This document shows positions 50,210 through 63,029 of a stretch of 64,000 nt of DNA, piece by piece (the first letter of the stretch is position 1; each line of letters starts with the position of its first letter). The translations under genes and the position numbers were made by a program. The notes below the pieces were generated by a model. That model saw nothing but the letters and a program-made list of their open reading frames with translations. It was not told the origin of the DNA and did no database searches. Source of the DNA: Botryllus schlosseri (taxonomy: Eukaryota); the NCBI GenBank assembly GCA_051294905.1, contig CM119372.1, positions 26,290,001 through 26,354,000 on the forward strand, given 5' to 3'.

Positions 50210-53200
50210 CTCTAGGACAGTGGTTCCCAACCTCTTTGTCTTCATTCTCCACTTCAGATTTATTTCGAGCCTTCATTCCCCACCAAGACCGTAAGCACTT
50301 CGTCAGCCCCCCAAAAAAAACGTTGGTCTTGGCCCCCCACAGGGTGATAAACCAAACAAAAAAAACCTTGAGCCTGTAGGCTTTCCCCCGTTACTTTTCA
50401 GCTGCATTTGGTCTATTATTTAGTAAGTCGCCTTATTTTGCGCGAAGCGCGAAAAATTTATAGAATTCATGTTTGAATCGGTCAATATGATCGGGAATTG
50501 CATATATTTTGCCATGTATTTTTTATCCCCTCTCTGCTCACTTCGTTACATTATGCTATTTCGTGACCTCCTATATCTGCTATGTCAAAAGATATGGAAA
50601 TCGCCAAAACTAAAAGGCACACACGATTTCCAATTGGTATTGATTAACTGGCAAATAATTTTTCTCTGCGGGATGGCATTTGTTCTGTGGGGCTCATATC
50701 GCCAGGACGGGAACATTCGGCGCCAGCCATTTATCCGCCTATGGACAATTCAACATATATGTATATTGTAAATGTATCGGAGTTTTCGGTCAGCACAAGG
50801 GCATTCCTTCTCGGCCAAGCTCGTCTCGCTGCTGATCGTTCTCGCAACCTTCTCGTAGTCGCCTTCATATGTCTTGGGGCGTCGAGGTGCAGTAATGGCC
50901 GACGCCGAAATCTCCATTTCTATGAAATCTACGTATTTTCGTGGGGGAAGAGTACCCAATAATCAATATATTCGGCAATATTAAATCGCACTACCAGCGG
51001 GAAAAATGTTTGAAAAAGTGGCATAAATTCGACAAAAAATACTCAATAATTTATGTTAATTCACGAAATAATTTTGGGCCCCGTCAAGCTCGCTCCCCAG
51101 TGCGGTAGTGAGCACTGACCTATATAAACACTGGAGTGCGCTACTCGCGATATTTGCGTGATCACTAGAAGCAGTTGCATTGTGGGTAGTAAGCTGGACG
51201 ATTTAGTACAGGAGCTTAAGGAAAAGCATCCAGTGTTTAAATATATTTGATTCCTGATGGGTTTGTAGTATTTTATAAGAACGGAGCTTTGAATGAATAA
51301 TTATCGTAACATTCAGGATTTGTTTCAGCCCAATATCTCGCTATTATATCTGTGTGATCGTGTAGTTCGACATGTCAAAGATATCTCGTTCTGGCGGTAG
51401 TGTTTGCTGCGTCTATATGGGTGCACTAAAAGGGTTGCAGGTATCGATTTCGACTGTTCGTTGTAAAATAAGGTTACCTATGTGTCACAGTATGTGTTTA
51501 TTTGCGACTATATTCCTGATGTAGGTTGCTATACTCTTTTATTACAAATGTTAGATAGCAACAAAGGGGAATATTTTACTTGTAGAGAAATAACCAAGCC
51601 GTCAATAGATTGGAATAGATAATGCCAGTTCAGCTATCTTTCAGATATATGTATCGAGGAAGTAAGAGCATACGATTGCCAGCTGGAAGTTATTACCGGA
51701 GACTGCCTCCGAATTTCTCTAGCTTGTATTCAAAGTCTTCTTACTACAATGGTGCTGATGTGAATGCTGCAACTGCTAGCTACTTGGTGGCTGTGAATAA
51801 TGCTGATGGAGAAAATTCGACATCATGTGACATATTGAAAGGCACTGCTGCAATCAATTGAATACCACCTCTACGTATTCATTGTTTCAACGTATTTGAA
51901 TAAATCCCAGAAAGTGAAAGTAAGGATATGTCAGCTATGTGCAGCAATATGGGGTAGCGATTTCTGCATAAGTGATCAAATGAGATCATTGAATGAGAGA
52001 AACAAGCTAAGTGAAGTACTCGCTTCGGCGGTAGGCTACACCATTTCTGGGATCACGCAGTTGCTGCCTGCCTGATTCCTTCCTTCCCTACTAGATGAAG
52101 CATTTCAACCTAGAGTTTTTCTTCAATCAAACATTTTGGGTGGGGATTGCACGAAACACGGCGCTGTTACTGTTCGGAACTATCAGTTATGAGAAACGCA
52201 AATGCCATGTTTGTGGATGATTAATATATTAAAACGAAATAAATAGCAAAAATAAAAGGCAGTGGCTACTCGTCCGGTACCGGACGAATAATTTTCTCAG
52301 GCTATTCGTCCGGCACCGTCTGACGTAGGCCCGTTACTATGGAGACTGTATGCGTTTTTGACAGGCTTCGGTTTTGTACATTATTTATTCGCATTTCTGG
52401 TTACTGATTTGAATGGTTACTGTTACTGATTTGTATGCTCATAATTATAGCTCCGAGGGAAAGTTTACGCCATACTAATAATTGCAAATTGCTGTCGTGA
52501 AAGTACCAGAACTTGACGCCCACCTTTACCTTTACAAGATATGTTCACCTACGCTTAATGAAGTAAGAACAAGTAGGATACTGATTTGTATGCTCATAAT
52601 TGGAGCTCCGAGGGAATGTTTGCGCCATACGGAGAGTTCCAAAGTGCTATCGATAAATAACCGGATGCAGTCAGAACACGACCGATTCGCTGAAATTCTT
52701 GCTGCCTCCACCTATTTCTGAACTCATGCAAGCGTCGTTGACCTAACCAATTGTACGTGAACTTGTACAGCTAAGACGGAATTGTCACCTCTGCTGTACT
52801 ACGAGTACTCATACTTGATGTTGCTGCGCAGTAATGATTGGAATACCAACTGAGAGAGACTGTGCGTCTTTATTTTCATGCAACAGAAATACAGAACAAA
52901 TGGACAGCAGCAATGATCATACAGAAAACATGTGCATGCACAGTATTTGGTGTCGGTTGTCGGATAGGAGAGATCGATACAGCATTGGAAGTCAAGTGGT
53001 CTGATAAAACCCGCATGAAACAAGTATATGCCTACATTGTCTCTGCATCATCCGTCTGTAACGAATTGTAGTTGAAAAGATGAAGAAAAATTAAATGATA
53101 GCAAACGAATGAATGAAGCAATGTCTGGGTGAAGAAAAATTAAATGATAGCAAATGAATGAATGAAGCAATGTCTGGGCGAAGTAGGGCAAAAGTGTTAA

Positions 53201-53767
53201 TACGACTATCAGAGGTAATCAGGTAGGTCAAGAGTGTTAATAGGACTATCAGAGGTAATCAGGTATGGCAAGAGTGTTATTACGGCGACAAGAGGTAATG
53301 AGGTATTTTTTTATAATCTGCCATACAGCAAAGCAATTCACAGATGGTAATCCATTCAAAATGATAGGTCAGTCGATAGATCTCTTGGTTAGGTAGCTAT
53401 TAAATGGGCCCAAGTAGATATTTACCTTCGACGAGGGTCTTGTATCAAGGGAGTGAACAACTTAAGCAGGTATGAAAAAGTCATCGAACACATACGACAA
53501 ACTGTTCGAAAAATATTTGTGTATAACTTTCAATGTATATATGATCATTGGGTGTTGATCTGGTATGCATGCTGGGCCAGCATTGCTGGCATTTCCGCAC
53601 ATTCCATATTGCAAGTGACAGTAAATGCTGTGCACACAATTTGCTGCTTCCAAGATATTTAAGCATTAATAGCGTGTTTTCACTGGGAAGATCAATCATG
53701 AAAACTAACATTGAAGTACTTTCAATGTCAAAGTTGCCGCTACATATTTTTCAAACAGAGGCACCTA

Positions 53768-54290
53768 TTATTTTTTGCAGCGGCCACAGAACCATTTATT
53801 TTGTTTCGGGGAAGTGCTTAGTCCAACAGATAGGAGATGATCCCGGTTGAGACAGGAGTCACAACGAATTGAATTGCTCTTTGTAAGTTGAAGGTCGCAT
53901 ACTCCACAGTACCAGTCCTTCTGACTATATTTACTTTGGAATGCCTTCATCACAGCAGCCCATCCATCATATGCGAAGTAATTCTTGATGTGGAGTATAT
54001 TCACAGTCTCATCAAGGCAGCTGTTGGGGATGAGACGAGTGTCAGACGTGACAGACTTACTGCCCAATTTCTTTCCATCCACTGCTTCATTAGTGTCCGA
54101 TGGTGATACAAACCATGATAGCATCACTGTGAATGAGGCAGAAGTGAAATTTGCTGAGGTTCTGCATGGGTCTCTGTCTTTGGGATGTCTTTTTTTAAAT
54201 GGAACTGGAGCGTCACATTTCTTCTTCTTCAGAAGGCCAACCACAGTTTGTTCCAAGCCTTTTGGGCGTCCTCTTTTTTCAGTTTTGATG
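53768..54290 (-). pseudogene. MULE C-terminal region with PHD finger
   Basis: GRPKG motif, then WYCGVC..IRCDSC..H..VGL..KWFCGRC (C4HC3-like with one Cys lost). Confidence 0.8.
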
Positions 54291-54864
54291 GCAGATGAAT
54301 GTTGGAAAGATCTGAAACAGCAAGATCAGTTTTATTATAGTGTAGCAAGATAAAGTTTGGATTAATTTGACACCAACCCGTGAACTTGTCTGGTGTCATG
54401 GTGATTTTGCTACAGACTACGGACACTGCTGGGGTCTATTTTCTGCATCACAGACTTCGGACACTGCTATAGCGCAATTGACCAACCAATTTGAAATCGT
54501 GTGCGTCTTTTAGTTTAGTACGTATGGGCGATTTGAATATCTTTTGACATAGCAGACAGGCCACGAAATGTCATTACGTAACGAAGTCATTATACCCACG
54601 GGTCCGCCCGAATATGTTCAATTATTATTTACGGGCCCTACATTTTTCCAAGACACCTCACTCAGCTTTACCGGTAAATCTGAATACATGAGCAGAGAGA
54701 GGATAAAAAATTGACAGCAATATTCATGCAATTCTCAATCATATTGACCGATTCAATCATGAATAGTAGAAATTCGTAGGCAACCTGCAATAAATTCCAA
54801 TAATATAACGGTGATTATGCATTCGTTGTCATTTATTGATTCAATAGTGATAATCGCATATTAC

Positions 54865-56816
54865 CTTGCTCAACCCGTGGATATGCTGTTCATTCATACT
54901 CTTCACTATGAGATACTGCCCATCCTCTGATGTACCAAACCTGATATGAGCTTGGCACTCTTTACGGAAAGTGCTGCAATGAAATCGTGATACGTTACCC
55001 TGTGTTTCAAGCGTAATGCACAGCATGTGTGGCAGTGCCGCTGCTCGTAGTCCAGTAGCGAGCTAAAAAAGGGGCACTTCTTCATTATTCTCCACACATC
55101 GAGAAGTGATCCCCATGAAACCAATGCTTCTCATGAACATGTGGGGTGGGGGATATTAGGGTCGGGTGGGTTAGGATTGGGGTGGCGGGGTTGCGGTTGC
55201 ATGTGTGGGGTTAGGATTGGGGTGGCGGTTGCATGTGTGGGGTTAGGATTGGGGTGTCGGCACGCGTGGGGTTAGGATTAGGGTGTCGTAAGATGTGGTG
55301 GTGGGGTTGCAGTTGCATGTGTGGGGTTGCGTATGCGTAAGATGAGGTGGTGGGGTTGCAGTTGCATGTGTGGGGTTGCGTATGATGAGGTGGTGGGGTT
55401 GCAGTTGCATGTGTGGGGTTGCGTATGCGTAAGATGAGGTGGTGGGGTTGCGTATGCGTAAGATGAGGTGGTGGGGTTGCAGTTGCATGTGCGGGGTTAG
55501 GATAGGGGTGGCAGGGTTGCGGTTGCATGTGTGGGGTTAGAATTGGGGTGGCGGTTGCATGTGTGGGGTTAGGATTGGGGTGTCGGCACGCGTGGGGTTA
55601 GGATTAGGGTGTCGTAAGATGTGGTGGTGGGGTTGCAGTTGCATGTGTGGGGTTGCGTATGCGTAAGATGAGGTGGTGGGGTTGCAGTTGCATGTGTGGG
55701 GTTGCGTATGATGAGGTGGTGGGGTTGCAGTTGCATGTGTGGGGTTGCGTATGCGTAAGATGAGGTGGTGGGGTTGCGTATGCGTAAGATGAGGTGGTGG
55801 GGTTGCAGTTGCATGTGCGGGGTTAGGATAGGGGTGGCAGGGTTGCGGTTGCATGTGTGGGGTTAGAATTGGGGTGTCGGCACGCGTGGGGTTAGGATTA
55901 GGGTGTCGTAAGATGAGGCTGCATGTGTGGGGTTAGGATTGGGGTGTCGGCACGCGTGGGGTTAGGATTAGGGTGTCGTAAGATGAGGTGGTGGGGTTGC
56001 AGTTGCATGTGTGGGGTGAGGTGGTGGGGTTGCAGTTGCATGTGTGGGGTGAGGTGGTGGGGTTGCAGTTGCATGTGCGGGGTTAGGATAGGGGTGGCAG
56101 GGTTGCGGTTGCACGTGTGGGGCTAGAATTGGGGTGTCGGCACACATGGGGTTAGGATTAGGGTGTCGTAAGATGAGGTTGCATGTGTGGGGTTAGGATT
56201 GGGGTGTCGGCACGCGTGGGGTTAGGATTAGGGTGTCGTAAGATGAGGAGGTGGGGTTGCAGTTGCATGTGCGGGGTTAGGATAGGGGTGGCAGGGTTGC
56301 GGTTGCATGTGTGGGGTTAGGATTGGGGTGTCGGCACGCGTGGGGTTAGGATTAGGGTGTCGTAAGATGAGGTGGTGGGGTGTCATAGGAATGGGTTGGG
56401 GTTTAGGCTGAGGCTAATCCAACCCTAATTTCACGATACCAAGACTACAAAATGCTCATGGGGAACATTGCTTCTTGATGTTCATGTGGTTGTGGACCCG
56501 GTGGAAATTCCGTATCATACGTAAAGCTTACTTACCGTTGGTTAGGTCGAAGACCCTTAGATAAGCTCTGAAATGTGCGGCCGCCGTGGATGCAGTGAAA
56601 AGATATCTGGCCATACTTGAGCGCATCATTGAAATTTCGCCGAGTGATTCGCTTTCTTACTGCATCGAGCGTACGTGAATCTCTCTTGTAGAGCTGGACG
56701 TAATTTTCTTTCTGGTATTTCTCGAAAGCACTTTTTAAGTCTTCGTAAGAGGCGAACTTACTCTCGGAATCCATGCCGCAGTTACAGCCCACAGTTCCGG
56801 AAATCCCGGTACCCAT
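54865..56816 (-). pseudogene. MULE N-terminal ZSWIM3/FAR1(WRKY)-like DNA-binding domain; exons ~56816-56536 and 54973-54865
   Basis: Donor CG|GTAAGT (56535), acceptor TTGCAG| (54974), donor AAG|GTAATA. Spliced FASYEDL..KYQKENYVQL..LKY..FHCIHGG..GLRPNQR-TFRKECQAHIR..SEDGQYLIV..EQHIH. Confidence 0.8.
55141..56410 (+). repeat. G-rich complex tandem repeat in the MULE intron
   Basis: Modules GGGGTTAGGATT(A/G)GGG, GTGGTGGGGTTGCAGTTGCATGTGT, CGTAAGATGAG; higher-order 326-bp duplication (ORFs 55211-55528 and 55537-55854). Confidence 0.92.
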
Positions 56817-57898
56817 TCTGCAGTTGCGGCATGCTTACGCCGGACGAATAGCCTGAGGAACTTAATTCGTCCGGTACCGGACGAGTAGACACTTCAAAAA
56901 TAAAATGGATATAAATTACTGAATTAATCGATAGTCAGGCTTTTTATCTCTCCCGCGTTGAACTTGACGGTTATCTGATAGAAAAATGTGGGATAACTTA
57001 GGGCTAATATCTGCGAACAAGGTGTATCAAACAAACCGATTCAGATATTGCAATTGTACTGAATAGACCTTTTTCGAGGCACTATCACATTGAAAGCTAC
57101 CCCCTGCAGAGCCTATACGACGTGAATTTTACGTCAACACGGGCTAAACTAAAGGTATAGTAATTGGAACTCAAACTTCATAAATACATTGCCACTGTCT
57201 ACCGTACCTTTGGCCTCATATATTTAGGAAAGTTCAGAAATCTTGTCGGCACGGCATTCTTCCTCAAACGAATTCTCCCGCCAACCCGGTAAATAGCACT
57301 TTGTGGAAAATGATCAGAGCAGATGACCAACGATTCTGCTGGCACACAGTCTTTTCTTCTTACACATTCTATCAATCTTTCTTTCAGGGATTCATTGGTA
57401 GGAAAGCTGCATTGTACGGAACATTCTATAAGTTCACAAGCATAAAGCAAAGCACGCCAAATTGACCATTCTTTGTTATAGCGATGATAAAAGTAGCAGG
57501 GACATAAGTGAAATTATTTTGTTTGATTCAATTATATCTGTTACTTTGTACCCCATAAGGATATGCCATTAGGTAACCTTCTAAATCCAAAGCCAAAGTT
57601 AAACCTAGAAAAACAATTGTTTAAACAAATCGAACGTCTCGCACACACAGAGGTATAATTACCTCAACTACGGAATTTGCAATTTGAACAGTACCGTATT
57701 GTGCGGCGTCTGGTATCAGAAAAAGACATTCATTTCTTAACTATATGCTGGACAAAACCCATAGGCCGCTAGTTATACCTTTCCCTCTAGTCCTACCTCC
57801 TACCCACACAGCAATTTTAAGCAAGGATTGAGTAGGCTACTAACTAATTATCAGCTGAACTGCCCATACAGAATACAAACAGTGAGCTAGGTGGACAT

Positions 57899-60800
57899 TA
57901 GGGTTGTTCAGAATTGACCGACTCTAGCGTTGATGACGCGCCAGGCACGGCAGTGAAATGGGGATCATTGATTACTCAGGTGTTTTGCTGCTTTGTTGTT
58001 GAAGAACTGTGTTTACGAGTGAGGTGCAGGACTTACCAGGTAGCTTTTTAACTCATGCTGTTAGCGAGTCTAGCGCAGGATTAGTGGTTATAGTCTTGTA
58101 GCAGTATTGAATTATTCGATCTAACGGACCTGATACTCTTTCTTGTCTACTGAGATAGAAAACAAAGCTTGTAAATGTCTTTTCCAGTGACTGTGGAAAA
58201 CAGCCAATCGGTTGCTCTGAATTTTATGTTATTTCCTAAGATAGCAATATACTGGTCGGAGTATTTCCAATTTAGGAATTATTATCTTCCAGAATCAATA
58301 ACTGGATCTAATCCGACTATTCTTGCTCAAGTTGTGCAGTATGTGTTTGACGTTAGAGAACTGAAATGTTTCCAACTATTCTTTGTTGCTTGACTGAGTT
58401 GATGTATATTTATTTTTCTAGGATTAGCTCTAGTGCGAAATGTCTGAAAAAAAAGAAAATTGCCATCTAGTGATATAGTATCAAAGAAAACTAGAAGATC
58501 ACGGTCGCAGACACAGCATTTCCTAACTGGGCCATCTGAGGAAACATTACGAGCTCGAAGCTGCTTACTCTTAGGAAAGTTATGCACTATGTGTTACACC
58601 TAAGAGAGCATTCATATGCGAAAAATGAACCAGTAAAGTTACACATCCAGGACGTAGGAGATGAAGTACGGTAATAGGTTTTTGGTTCCTGGCTGCCACA
58701 AAGACCATCACACAAGTCAATGCCATTGAAAGATTAGAGACAGTGTGAAAACAGAAACCAAATGCCTGTCACTAAAGGCCAGCAATATGTCTCAAGAAAA
58801 CAAAGTGACTTTGAAGCCAAGTTGAGTAAGCTATGGGCATAGAGGAACTCCTGACGCGATGACGACAATTGAAGCAAGTACACTTCTCTCCGGCGATAAG
58901 AAACATCAATACAAAACATTTTATCAGGATCAAAGGGGTCCGTGATTAGCAACGATTGGTGGCAAAGATACAGTGTTGAAAGTGAAAACCATGCAACAAA
59001 AGAGACGGACCATGAGTGCGAGAGAGTGCACCAGCTTCAAGTAGCGAAGGTGAATTTACAAAGAGCTCATCTATGTCTTCGCAGGTAGCTGACACTTCCC
59101 ACAGCAGTGATTTTGAAGTGGCGCAGTCGACATCGGGTCATTGCTTTAAATTTGTGACTCTAAAAGCGCCTGTAAACCTGTTCAACGACAAAGACATATG
59201 CCAGGTTTCCAAACGCTTGAAAGTCAGCGATAATGCTGCTACCATGATAACTGCAGCACTGATTAAAGCTTGCGATGGTGACCCTAATGACTTTCATCTT
59301 TCAAGATCTGGAACCTATCGACGACGCATTGCAAATCGTTTTAAAATTTCTGAGTCTATTGTTGAAAAAATAGCAAACGATCCACCAAAGCACATCACAT
59401 TGCACTGGAATGGAAAGCTCACTGGGAGTCGTTTAGGAGAGCAATTTGAGGCCTTGGCAGTGCTGGCATCGTCTACGTGACTGCCGGCATCGTCTACGTG
59501 TTGTAACGCATTTGAGAAGGGCAAACTTCTTGGCATTCGAACTCTGGAGAGTGCTACAGGAAAAGCACTGGCTGATCCGTCATTTGAACTGCTGGAACTA
59601 TATAATTTAACAAAAAATGTCGGAGCTCTTGTGTTTGACACAACATCCTCAAACAATGGAAAAAATTGTTCTGTTACTTGAAGAATTGGTAAACAGGAAA
59701 GTTTTCTACAGTCTTGTCGCCATCATATTCATGAACTAGTCATCCGGGAGATTTGGAAGTGAAGTGTGTATTTGGATCGGCGACCACAGGCCCTGAAAAC
59801 ACAGATTTTAATACCTTCCAAGAAGTGGAATGATATTGATCAATTAAGAAGCTCTAAAACACTTCAGTTTGATGAAGGCAGCGGGTTGGCGATGAAAGCT
59901 GATGAAGCAAAGCAAGAATAATTCCACTGATTAAGCCATATAATGGAAAGCAGAAAGAAGTATTGATAAGAGATGACTACAGAGACTGTGCAACAGGCGC
60001 CTTGGTGATTTTAGATGACCAATATGTTGATAATCGTTTTCGCAAGCCTGGTGCTACTATAGCACTGGATGGACGAGTCAAGTGCTGTACTGTCAAAAAA
60101 TGTTTATGTGGAGTGAGCAAATGGGCTATTCTGAAGAGTTCATTAGAAAGTTGGTACGAATAAATATTGCCCAGTTTTCTGTCCCAGCTTAAAACTAATA
60201 TTGCATGTGACGCACAGAGTAATGATCTCAAATTTCTTCATGACATGACAGACTTTACATCATGCGATTTCACAGTTGCTGATGTGGCATATAAAAAGAT
60301 GTGAAAACATCATTGGCATCTCACCGAGGAAACGGTGGTATCTACAATGTTCTCGGCTAAACCAAAGATTCCTGACAAAGTGAAGGAAGCAATGGCTGCT
60401 AAATTGCTGCAAATGCCGATTCTTGAACAATTTCGCAGAGGTATACCTCTGAGTCTAATCTCTTACTCTGTCTCTGAGTCGATGAGTATGGTTGCTTTAA
60501 TTGGACCGGAATCATGGTTTCTATTCGATGCTATACATGCCGAACATGATTAGTTGAGTCTTCCAGTTTCGGAATGGCATACAGATCCGCATTTTGTGAC
60601 TGCTCAAGAATTTGTGAGTAGTGTTGAAGTAGTTAAAGACGCAGCAAAGCGTTTGGTAAAATTGAATACCGACTTTGATGCTTTAAAAACAGATGACAAA
60701 GAACAGCGGACGAGCCTCTTACAAGCCGTGGAAGATCACGGGAACAGATATGCCGATTTCTCTAAAGCAACCATTTCATCCACCTGATTTAAGTAGTATT

Positions 60801-61329
60801 TGCCAAGTTGATCTATTTCTTTTCCTTATTGTTTCGTTTCCTTTGAACAATGTGATGTTTAAAATGTGGCTGTGAGTGAATGATACATTCACAGTTGTAT
60901 TCTTGCACATGGTGATCCCGGAAATTGATGGACAATCTCAGGTAGGGTTGAGGAGTGTAGGATATGTGATCCAACAAAATGACTATCAGTCTTAGGCAGT
61001 TTTGAGGAGTTCTAAGGGAGTGTAGGACATGAAAATGGTCTCCTGAACCGGCAATACTTTCTATGATAAGGTTATGTAGCACTCCAAACCGCAATAGCTG
61101 CATAAACCCAGCTTATATATGACGTTTGCTAGCCTGGTCCGAATGACGACACTCAAATTTTAGGGGAATCCCCTATTTTTAGCCGATAATTTTCCAGCTC
61201 AAAATGCACACGGATGCAAGGGATGAATTACGAAAAAAAGTAGCTAGAATATGTTTTTATGGTATAAGGCATGGGAATCGGACTGAAAACCACGACTTTT
61301 TGAAAGTCGGTCAATTCTGAACAACCCTA
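57899..61329 (+). mobile_element. hATm-like DNA transposon with decayed transposase (~58440-60790)
   Basis: Perfect 25-bp TIR TAGGGTTGTTCAGAATTGACCGACT; motifs LHWNGKL, LLGI..ESATG, VFDTTSSN, CRHHIHELV, KPGA, VVKDAAKRLVKL; many stops and frameshifts; no direct TSD. Confidence 0.8.
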
Positions 61330-62739
61330 ATGACCACGCAAGAATACAGTTGGTAGCAGCATTCAAACCCACACGAGCTGCAATTAAAATTTTTAAGTCA
61401 GCAGTATAGCAAGATATCACAGGGCAAGCAAAAGCAAGTGTATTTCAACATTTACCAGGGCGCGCTAACAGAGCACATGAATAAAATTATCACTACGGGC
61501 TAAGGTGGCATAAAGCAACAATCATAAGGATTCCCTGTGAAGTTTTCTCTAATCCACACTTTGAACACTACATGCTGACCATGAGAAACACTAATTGGTG
61601 GTGGACGTCGAAGTAACTCTCAATGTTTACAAGCAGATCAAACCACAAAAGCGACAGCAATTGCTTTGAAGTGTCGTACATGCTACATCGATTTCTAAAC
61701 CGATCAGGATTCGTAAGTCTAATTTAACAAAGCTTGCGTGCATGAAGTCAAACTTAATGATTTTTACGTCGTTGAAGCAAATGTTTTCCCAAGCCAATCT
61801 CTGCTATCAAAAATGGGCAGAGACAACAGCATATTGTTAACGAAATATTATTTTAACTACATACTAAATTATGCTTTCCACATTAATAGAATACAACTTC
61901 AAAATGACAAACTCAAAACTACAATTGGCGGGCGGTAACATTTAATCCCACACAAAATACATTGAAAATTATACTGCGCAGTATAATGATGTTACTTAAA
62001 GTCAAACATATTCAAGTGTATTTCAACTTTTACCATGGACAGCTGCTGCTGATTACATGAATAGAATCATCACTGACGGCAGAATTACTATGTACTGTAA
62101 GCACTCTCCGCAAAGTGATAATTTTAAGGATTGTTAATTCAGATTTTGCTAATCCAGACTTCTTGCACAACATGTTCACGGTGAACACTGAATCGTCATG
62201 CGATAACCTGTCGATGTTGTTAACCATACCCCGAAAATGACATTATTAACCTTCAAATCTGCGCTCTCCTTGCCTGCCATGATGTCGTATCGCGATACAA
62301 CCAGCAACGGATTTCGAAATTCACCAGGGTTGCCAGATATCTTCTGAGAAAAAGGGCCAAACAGCGACGGATAAGGGGACATATTGTTCAATACCGTAAC
62401 GTTGATAAAGTTCCACAACTATACACTGGATCCAACTACAATACCTGTTACTATTTCAAGCCTTTTCCAACTGAATATAAAATCGTAAAATAAAACTTTT
62501 TGTGCAATACTTTTTCGACCACCTGTTCACAAATCTGTATTTACAATTACAACACAGTCTACATACTACAAAAACAAATCTTCATCTTCTCCAGTGGTTC
62601 TCAACCTTTTAGTCTTCGCGGAACCCTTTCGGAACGTCACGGAAATCCCCCAAGTTTTACTTCAAATCGTGCAATCGTCATCTCTGATTTGTGCAATAGG
62701 CCTAAACAAGCTGCTAACCACCTACTAAAAGACGGACCT

Positions 62740-62823
62740 ACGGGGCTCGTTCACTTTCGGACCAAAAACACATTTTCTCCGTAAGGCTGCAGTCAGTTTG
62801 GTCCGAAAGTGAACGAGCCCCGT
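62740..62823. repeat. 84-bp hairpin / micro-MITE
   Basis: Perfect ~27-bp inverted repeat ACGGGGCTCGTTCACTTTCGGACCAAA; CCT on both flanks. Confidence 0.7.
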
Positions 62824-63029
62824 CCTGTTCCGGTTTCGTCAAATTCCGATTTGAGATTACGCTGCATGATTCGCAAAATACCTATTTTGAAATGTTAGTA
62901 ACCTTCATAGCTGTCATAAAAATGCACAGATACCTCAAATATGTGACTGGCGTACTCAACTTGAATAGTGCTTTCAGAACTACATTCATTGCAGTAGAAT
63001 TTATTACCTCGGTGACGGTGACGGGTTTC

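Larger units (their letters stand above)
52258..56895 (-). mobile_element. Mutator-like element (MULE), catalytic core apparently deleted
   Basis: ~55-bp TIR (AGTG.CTACTCGTCCGGTACCGGACGAAT..CAGGCTATTCGTCCGGC); 10-bp TSD AAAAATAAAA; empty site in the paralog at ~2062-2073. Confidence 0.85.
51120..57895. mobile_element. Diverged duplicate of the 744-2290 + 3735-4505 P/THAP composite, interrupted by a MULE
   Basis: THAP exon-1 relic on + (51372: MSKISRSGGSVCCVY) and exon-2 copy on - (57199-57450: FPTNESLKERL..ICSDHF..AVPTRFLNFPKYMRPK); flanking non-coding DNA collinear. Confidence 0.8.

Noticed and set aside
55211..56126. Pro/His/Thr-rich ORFs
   Set aside because: Translations of the G-rich tandem repeat inside an intron.
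55141..56410. Interstitial telomere
   Set aside because: TTAGGG occurs only as isolated motifs within longer modules, never as a tandem hexamer array.
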